From NCBI GenBank assembly GCA_965203355.1, contig OZ241889.1, forward strand, positions 3,168,001 to 3,232,000: a stretch of DNA of 64,000 nucleotides, given 5' to 3'. Made by a program: the position numbers and the translations under genes. Source of the DNA: Candidatus Latescibacterota bacterium (GTDB taxonomy: Bacteria > Latescibacterota > UBA2968 > UBA8231). Shown in pieces: positions 57,661-64,000 of the stretch. How positions within the stretch are numbered: position 1 is the stretch's first letter; the number at the start of each line of letters is the position of its first letter. Below the pieces are notes generated by a model. That model saw only the letters and a program-made list of their open reading frames with translations, ran no database searches and was not told the origin of the DNA.

Positions 57661-59201
57661 GGTGACACCTCCGGTTTTGGTTTTTTACCTAGTCTGGCGA
57701 GCAAATCCTCGACGCTCGCCGCCTCGTCTAAAGCCTCGTTATAATAAGTCGCGGTCTCTCGACTGACACAAGCCTTGAGGTCGATGACCTCGGTGCGGCC
57801 GTCGAGTTCCAGCTCAATGCTGTCCCAGTTGAGCGAGCGCACCGCAGCGGCAAATTTCTGCAACATCTTGCCGCGAAAGTAAGCGCGCGTGTCTTTAGGC
57901 GGATTGACCAACGCCCAGCCCACCTCCGCTTCAGAGACGACGCGCTCCACTTGGCCGGCGGCTTCAAGCACCGGGTACAGCCCTTCAGCCGGATCGATGT
58001 TGTGGTATTCGAGGTCTTGGCTTTGCAGCCACGCGAGGTCGGCCGGCCGTTCCCAATCGAGGCGCTCGGACTCGGCAAATGCATCTAACAGCCACTTTTT
58101 GGTCACCCAATCGACGCGGCCAATCAACGCTTGCGGATCGCGCGCGAGGGCATCCAACACGTCGCGCCAAGCCGCAAGAACCCAATCGGTCTCCTCGTCG
58201 CGGCCCTGAAAAACACCCGTCGCCGCAGCCATAATGGCCGTCTGTATCTCCAGCGCCGAACTCATCCTACCCTCGGCCAAAGCCACCGGCCACTGCCGGG
58301 ACTCGTCGCGGGAAATGGCCTTGAGCGCCCCAATGGGATCGGCCAAAGTACATGCGGGCAATGCACCAGCCTCTAGCAGATCCAGCACCAAGGAAGCCGT
58401 GCCAACTTTGAGCGCCGTAGCGTATTCGCACATGTTGGCGTCGCCGATGATCAGATGCAGGCGGCGGTGTTGCGCCGGATTGGCGTGCGGCTCATCGCGC
58501 GTGTTGACCAGCGGACGGCGGTGCATGGTATCAACGCTGGCGATGACCTCGAAAAAGTCCGCACGCTGGGTTAGCTGATACGTGGCGGCGCGCGCCCGGG
58601 CGTCCTGTTCGACGCCGACTTTGCCGGCCCCAGCAAAAATTTGCCGCGTCACCACAAAGGGCAGCAGCCCGTTGATCACCTGCTGGAAGGGCATATCGCG
58701 GCTGAGCAGGAAGTTCTCGTGGCAACCGTAGCTATGCCCCTCAAAGTCCGTGTTGTTTTTGTACAGACGCACCACGCCGCGACCGCGATCTTCGGTGCGT
58801 TGACGCGCACATTGGCGGAGAATCCGCTCCCCAGCGCGATCAACGGCGACCAAGTCGCGGAGGCTATAGCATTCTGGGGTGGAAAATTCTGGGTGGGTGT
58901 GATCGTTGTACAGGCGGGCCCCGTTGTGGACGATCAAGTCGCTTTTGAGGTCCGCTAGCTCAATCGGGCGCTGGCGATCCTGCTGCAAGTGGACGGTCTC
59001 GTCCTTGTCGTTGAGGAGTTCGGCGACCTCAAAGCCGCGCATGTCGAGCCGCGGGTTTTCGAGCGCGTAATTCCAGCGGGCAACAAAATCTTGGCGCACA
59101 TAGCAGCGAATCAACTCCATGGACTCTACCACCACGTCCATGGACTCGTCTTCGTCAACTTGGATGCCGTACTCGGTTTCTAAGCCGCAGAGCCGCTGCA
59201 T
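57657..59201 (-). CDS. dop: Depupylase/deamidase Dop
   Basis: GLETEYG, NGARLYNDHTHPE.STPE, YKNNTD..G.SYGCHEN, QRADFF and VDT...RP.VNTRDEPH. Confidence 0.88.
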   Translation of the reverse strand: MQRLCGLETEYGIQVDEDESMDVVVESMELIRCYVRQDFVARWNYALENPRLDMRGFEVAELLNDKDETVHLQQDRQRPIELADLKSDLIVHNGARLYNDHTHPEFSTPECYSLRDLVAVDRAGERILRQCARQRTEDRGRGVVRLYKNNTDFEGHSYGCHENFLLSRDMPFQQVINGLLPFVVTRQIFAGAGKVGVEQDARARAATYQLTQRADFFEVIASVDTMHRRPLVNTRDEPHANPAQHRRLHLIIGDANMCEYATALKVGTASLVLDLLEAGALPACTLADPIGALKAISRDESRQWPVALAEGRMSSALEIQTAIMAAATGVFQGRDEETDWVLAAWRDVLDALARDPQALIGRVDWVTKKWLLDAFAESERLDWERPADLAWLQSQDLEYHNIDPAEGLYPVLEAAGQVERVVSEAEVGWALVNPPKDTRAYFRGKMLQKFAAAVRSLNWDSIELELDGRTEVIDLKACVSRETATYYNEALDEAASVEDLLARLGKKPKPEVSP

Positions 59202-59209
59202 GAGCTAAG

Positions 59210-60904
59210 TCAGATCACCTGACCAACGCGCTTTTCCGGTGACTTTTCCGGCTGGGGCCTAACCGGGGTCACCCGCACGACGTTTTCCGGCTCGTAGTCG
59301 AGTAGTTTGAGCCAGTCCTCGACGCTATCCGAAGGGGGGAACACCTCGTTTTCGCGGTATTCAGCCCGCGTCGCCTGCCGCAAGTCCTCGGCGCAGATTC
59401 CGCCTGCGGGATTTTCTTCGGCAATGGCGCGCTTGATCGCCATTTCCTTGGCCCGCGATACGACCGAGGCGATGATGGCCCCGGAAATCAAATCGCCGCG
59501 ATAGAGCACTTCTTGGCGACCGCTGCGCAGCGACACCTCCAAGAAGCGCGCTTCTTCGCCTTTGGCGAACAACTCGTTCAAGCCCGCCTGTATCAGGGCC
59601 TCACGCGCAGCCGCCTCGCCCCCGTGTTGCTCCACCTCGGCGCGATCAATCGGCAACTCGGGCTTGAGGTAAATGCCCAAAATGTCGGCGGCCGCCTCGT
59701 AGTTGGGGCGCGCGACCTTGATCTTGCGGTCGATGCGGCCGGGCCGGAGCACCGCTGGATCGATCAAATCGTGGCGGTTGGAAGCCAAAATCAGCACCAC
59801 ATCGTGCAGCGACTCAATGCCATCCATCTCAGTGCAAAACATCGGCACGACCGTATTGGAGATGTTGTGGCTGCGCATCGAGCGCCGCGTGCCCAAGATC
59901 GACTCGGCTTCGTCGATAAAGACAAAAGGCAAATAACCTTCCTTGCGCTTTTGGCGCGCCTGAGCAAAGACTTCGCGCACCATGCGTTCGGTCTCGCCGA
60001 GCCACATGTTGAGAATCTCCGGCCCCTTGATGTGCATGAAATACTCTTCCAGTTCCAGTCCTTCGACCTCGCGCATGTGCTGCACCAAGTTGTACGCGGT
60101 GGCTTTGCCGATGAGGGTCTTGCCACAGCCCGGCGGGCCGTAGAGTAGAAAGCCTTTGGGCGTCGAATACTCGAAGCGCTCAAAGAGCTGGGGGTGCAAC
60201 GTGGGTAGTTCAATGGTGTCGCGGATGGCCTCAATCGCCTCTTGCTGACCGCCGATGCTCTCCCAAGGAGTGGGCGGCACGTCCTCGATGAAGTACTCCT
60301 TGCTCTCGGCGGACTGCAAAACTTCCAACGCAACCTTGTAGGCCGGGTCCATCCGCACCTCGTCGCCGATTTGCAAATTCGCGTCAGCCAATTCCGCGGC
60401 GCGTTCCACGACCACCTCTTGGGCGCCGTGCGCTTGGGCGATGCGCAAGCGGCCCTCGGGCAGCAGGTCGCCGATCTTGGCCACCGGCCCCGAGGGGCTG
60501 TGCCCCAAGTTGCCGACGACCGCATACGCTTCGTTCACCAGCACTCGGCAGCCAACCTGGAGCTGCGCCCCATCGACGCGCGGGTCAATGTTGGCATAGT
60601 ACTCGGCGCTGCCGACAAATACCGTGGCAACCCCCTCGCTCGGCATCCCGAGGAAAATGCCGACGCGGTTGGCTGGGGCCGTTACTTTTTCTAGCGCGGC
60701 TTCCATCTCCACGAGGGCACGCCGCGCCTCCTGAAAGGAAATCTCTCGCTCCATAAGCTGGCGCCGGAGGCGGTACAGCAGCGGGCGAGCCGGGTCGCGG
60801 TCTGGGGCGAGCGCAAGGAGCTTATCGACCAAGCGCAACGGCTCGGCTACCCGCTCCTCTGGCTCTTGGACCTTGTCGTATTCGTGCGATTCCCTGCGGT
60901 TCAT
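59210..60904 (-). CDS. arc: Proteasome-associated AAA ATPase (ARC/Mpa)
   Basis: N-terminal coiled coil and OB domains; GPPGCGKT, IKGPE.LN...GETER, FIDEAES and DPAVLRPGRID. Confidence 0.92.
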   Translation of the reverse strand: MNRRESHEYDKVQEPEERVAEPLRLVDKLLALAPDRDPARPLLYRLRRQLMEREISFQEARRALVEMEAALEKVTAPANRVGIFLGMPSEGVATVFVGSAEYYANIDPRVDGAQLQVGCRVLVNEAYAVVGNLGHSPSGPVAKIGDLLPEGRLRIAQAHGAQEVVVERAAELADANLQIGDEVRMDPAYKVALEVLQSAESKEYFIEDVPPTPWESIGGQQEAIEAIRDTIELPTLHPQLFERFEYSTPKGFLLYGPPGCGKTLIGKATAYNLVQHMREVEGLELEEYFMHIKGPEILNMWLGETERMVREVFAQARQKRKEGYLPFVFIDEAESILGTRRSMRSHNISNTVVPMFCTEMDGIESLHDVVLILASNRHDLIDPAVLRPGRIDRKIKVARPNYEAAADILGIYLKPELPIDRAEVEQHGGEAAAREALIQAGLNELFAKGEEARFLEVSLRSGRQEVLYRGDLISGAIIASVVSRAKEMAIKRAIAEENPAGGICAEDLRQATRAEYRENEVFPPSDSVEDWLKLLDYEPENVVRVTPVRPQPEKSPEKRVGQVI

Positions 60905-60916
60905 GGCATCCTCCCA

Positions 60917-61621
60917 CTAGTGGATCACGTCGCCGAGACGCCCGTAGCGCACTCGGCTGGGCAGGCGCCAGACAAAGCTGGCGACCACGGCCGGCAGCGA
61001 CGTCAAGCCCTGGTAGTAAGGCCCGCGCGTGTCGGGCTTCCACGACCAATAGATACTCATGGCCTTGCCCTTGATCAACCGCTTGGGCACCGCACGAAAG
61101 TAGCGGCTGTCCGAGCTATTGTCGCGGTTGTCGCCCATCATAAAGAAATGGCCCTCGGGCACAATGTACGGACCAAAATTGTCGCGTGGATTGCGCTCCG
61201 CTGGATAGTACCGGCGGTCGGCGTACTTGGCCAACGGCGGGTCTTGCACCGGCTCGCCATTGACGTGGAGCACTTTGTCGATGATGTGGACTTCCTGCCC
61301 TCCGACGGCGACACAGCGCTTAATCAAGTCGCGCTTCTCGTCCTGCGGAGAACGGAAAATCACGATGTCGCCCGGCTGTGGTTCCTTGAGCGCGGGCAGA
61401 CGGAAGAGGGAAATGCTCGTCAGGGGTACATCTACTGGAACGCCGTAGACAAACTTGTTGGCCAGCAGATAATCGCCCACCAAGAGCGTGTCTTCCATCG
61501 AGCTAGAAGGGATGTAAAAGGCCTGCACCACCCCGGTGCGAATGACCAAAAACAAACCCACGACAGTCAGTATTGAATACAGGTATTGGCCAAATTCGGA
61601 CTTTTGCTTGGCCTGCTTCAT
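60917..61621 (-). CDS. lepB: Signal peptidase I
   Basis: IPSSSMEDTL.VGD, IKRCVA..G and MMGDNRDNSSDSR. Confidence 0.95.
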   Translation of the reverse strand: MKQAKQKSEFGQYLYSILTVVGLFLVIRTGVVQAFYIPSSSMEDTLLVGDYLLANKFVYGVPVDVPLTSISLFRLPALKEPQPGDIVIFRSPQDEKRDLIKRCVAVGGQEVHIIDKVLHVNGEPVQDPPLAKYADRRYYPAERNPRDNFGPYIVPEGHFFMMGDNRDNSSDSRYFRAVPKRLIKGKAMSIYWSWKPDTRGPYYQGLTSLPAVVASFVWRLPSRVRYGRLGDVIH

Positions 61622-61634
61622 GTGCGGAATCTCC

Positions 61635-61717
61635 TCAGACCTGAATAATAAACGAAACGGCTTTGCCAGCCGCCATCTTCAGACCTGAGTATAATAAACG
61701 GCTTTCCTAACCGCCAT
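61635..61717. repeat. Imperfect tandem direct repeat of about 40 bp upstream of lepB
   Basis: tcagacctgaataataaacgaaacggctttgccagccgccat and tcagacctgagtataataaacggctttcctaaccgccat. Confidence 0.75.
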
Positions 61718-61776
61718 TTGCACTTAGCTTGGGCTACCTGCTTTCCCAATTTAGGAATAGGGCTATAAGCACCGTA

Positions 61777-64000
61777 TTAGCGCAACAATCGGGCCATCTT
61801 TTGCCTCTTGTGCTTCTCGGCATAGTCTAACGGCGTCCGACCTTTATCGTCCTTGGAATTGGGATTGGTCCCCTTGTCTAACAGCACTTTAGCGGTCTCG
61901 AGAGCGTTGTGTTGGGCAGCGTAGTGCAGCGGCGTCCGACCCTTCTCATCCTTGCTATTAAGATAGCCCTGGCCTCCCATGTCTATCAGCACTTTAGCGG
62001 TCTCGAGAGCGTTGTGTTGGGCCGCATAGTGCAGCGGCGTCATACCCTTCGCGTCCCTCGGACTGAGAGCGGCGCCCTTGCCTCTAAGCACTTTAGCGGT
62101 CTCTGAAGCGTTGTGTTGGGCCGCATAGTGTAGCGGCGTCCGCCCCTTCGCGTCCCTGGGATTGCTGCCTATCAGCACTTTGGCGATCTCGAAAGCGTTG
62201 TGTTCCGCCGCATAGTGCAGCAAGCCTTTGCCGTCTTCGTCGCTGGAAAGAGCCGACAAAGTCTCGAAAGCCTTGGCTATCGCAGGTTGTTCTTCATACA
62301 GCCGGCCGCGATCTTTGGCATCCTTGGCATGGTCCGGGTCCTCTTGTTTCAACACATGCTCTAAGGTGCTAAGTAACGAACCGCTCTGTGAAAGCTTCCC
62401 CCGCAGATCCTTGTGCGACTTGGCGATGTCTAACGGCGCCCTACCATTCTTGTCCGCGATGCCGATATAGCCCCCCTTGTCTATCAGCATTTTAGCGACC
62501 CTGAAAGCGCTGCACCATATCGCATAGTGTAGCGGCGTCTGACCGTCATTGTCCTTGACGTTGACAAAGGCCTCCCTGCCGATCAGCACGTTAGCGGTCT
62601 CACAAGCGTTGTGTTGGGCCGCATAGTGTAGCGGCGTCCGCCCCTCCGCGTCCCTGGGATTGCTGCCGCTCAGCACTTTAGCGATCTTGAAAGCGTTGTG
62701 TTCCGCCGCATAGTGCAGCAAACCTTTGCCGTCTTGGTCGTTGGAAAGAGCCGACAAAGTCTCGAAAGCATTGGCTACCGCCGCATTGCCCTCGTCTGTG
62801 GTATTGGGTTCCTCATACGGCCGATCGCTATCTTTGGCATCCTTTAGACCATTTAGTAAATCGGTAATACGTTTGAAGAAGTCCGTGTCCCCTTGCGACC
62901 CTGCCGCCGGCTTCTCGACCGGCTGACGATCCTGACTCGGGGGTTGGATATGCACGATCTGTCCTGCTGACGCCGGCTTCTCGACCGGCTGCCGCCACAT
63001 TTTTTGCAATTCCTCGACACTCTTCTGATCCGGTACCAACGACTCAAGAACCTGAGCAAGCGCGTTGAGCATCTTCTCTTTCACTCGAGCTAGCTCCTCC
63101 TTGATAGGAGCAAAATCTCGATTTTGGGCTTTCATGATCTCGGCGATCTTTTCTCCAAGCACATCCTGCACTTTCTCATCAACAACCCACTTATTCAAGT
63201 CAAGATCGAGCTTGTTCAGTTCCCTCATCAGCACCTGGGCACTCTGCTCGTCTTGGCCTATGGCTTCTTCATACATCGAAAAAATCGCTTCCATCTCCGA
63301 TTTCATCTTAGCCCCCAACGCAGCCGGCTTGAATGCTTGGTTCTGGTCGCGCAAAAATTCCTTTAGAGGCTGCCCTTCACACAGATACTCTTCGCGGTGA
63401 TTGGCACTATACGCGCAGATGCCCACCGGCTCCAGTTCGTCGTCCGCGAGAATATCCTTAACATCCGTCAGGATGGCTTGCCGATCACTAGGGGACTTCG
63501 TGTCCGCCTTGTTCAATACCACATACAACGGCAACCCGTTCAACTCCAAGTTTTGTAAAAAGTCCAAATCGTCACTCGGCATCGTACCCGTCGCGTCTAA
63601 GCCGATCATCCAAATCAAAGCATCCCGATCCTTGAGAGCGACCACCGCTGTATTCCGATCCTCAGTGGTGTCACCTCCAGCCGGATTATAGCCCGGCGTG
63701 TCGATCAGGTAGATGTGCTCAAACAAGCCCTCTTGCAAAGGTATTTCAACGGTGATAAAGGGTAGAATAGCTCGGAGATCAAGGTCGTCTTTAGCATCGT
63801 GATCGTGCGAAAATTCCTTGTAGAGAGTCGGCGCAATATCTGCGGTGGCTCCTGAGCGGGAAAAGCCCTTTATCGAGATCGACCGGCTAGACAGCACATA
63901 CGACGGGATCTTCGTGGTCGGTGTAAGGCCAACAGATAGCTGAAGATCCGACGACCGAACAAAGCTATTGACAAACGACGACTTACCGCTGCTAAAGCCG
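61777..64000 (-). CDS. Dynamin-like GTPase fused to ankyrin repeats (5' partial)
   Basis: Frame is open to the right edge: GFSSGKSSFVN (G1), PTT (G2), LIDTPG (G3), LNKAD (G4), a helical stalk, then about 8 G.TPLHYAA-type ankyrin repeats. Confidence 0.88.
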   Translation of the reverse strand, partial: GFSSGKSSFVNSFVRSSDLQLSVGLTPTTKIPSYVLSSRSISIKGFSRSGATADIAPTLYKEFSHDHDAKDDLDLRAILPFITVEIPLQEGLFEHIYLIDTPGYNPAGGDTTEDRNTAVVALKDRDALIWMIGLDATGTMPSDDLDFLQNLELNGLPLYVVLNKADTKSPSDRQAILTDVKDILADDELEPVGICAYSANHREEYLCEGQPLKEFLRDQNQAFKPAALGAKMKSEMEAIFSMYEEAIGQDEQSAQVLMRELNKLDLDLNKWVVDEKVQDVLGEKIAEIMKAQNRDFAPIKEELARVKEKMLNALAQVLESLVPDQKSVEELQKMWRQPVEKPASAGQIVHIQPPSQDRQPVEKPAAGSQGDTDFFKRITDLLNGLKDAKDSDRPYEEPNTTDEGNAAVANAFETLSALSNDQDGKGLLHYAAEHNAFKIAKVLSGSNPRDAEGRTPLHYAAQHNACETANVLIGREAFVNVKDNDGQTPLHYAIWCSAFRVAKMLIDKGGYIGIADKNGRAPLDIAKSHKDLRGKLSQSGSLLSTLEHVLKQEDPDHAKDAKDRGRLYEEQPAIAKAFETLSALSSDEDGKGLLHYAAEHNAFEIAKVLIGSNPRDAKGRTPLHYAAQHNASETAKVLRGKGAALSPRDAKGMTPLHYAAQHNALETAKVLIDMGGQGYLNSKDEKGRTPLHYAAQHNALETAKVLLDKGTNPNSKDDKGRTPLDYAEKHKRQKMARLLR

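Overview
GC-rich bacterial chromosome segment. The gene content suggests an FCB-group organism such as Latescibacterota/Handelsmanbacteria, possibly host-associated; this is inferred from the many secreted proteins with FlgD-Ig/T9SS-like C-terminal domains, a TWGKIK tail and ankyrin repeats. Core genes are tRNA-Val(TAC), tyrS, guaA, nadB, gatB and lepB, plus a complete UBact-proteasome operon (arc-dop-ubact-prcB-prcA-pafA). Accessory content is a cluster of uncharacterised secreted proteins, two M6 metalloproteases and several defence or toxin-antitoxin cassettes. These cassettes are a 3-gene Xre/MbcA-RES module, an internally deleted sacsin-like ATPase, an MNT-HEPN pair interrupted by IS5, two R-M pairs, a deleted hicBA, and a dynamin-ankyrin fusion. 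The most notable signals not in the ORF track are: (1) an apparent Tyr-Tyr leader-peptide attenuator upstream of tyrS; (2) a G13/C13 tract that could switch a leader ORF into translational coupling with a large surface-protein gene; (3) a 129-bp duplication of a host gene's 3' end bracketing the RES module; (4) repeated inactivation of the toxic partner in four cassettes.
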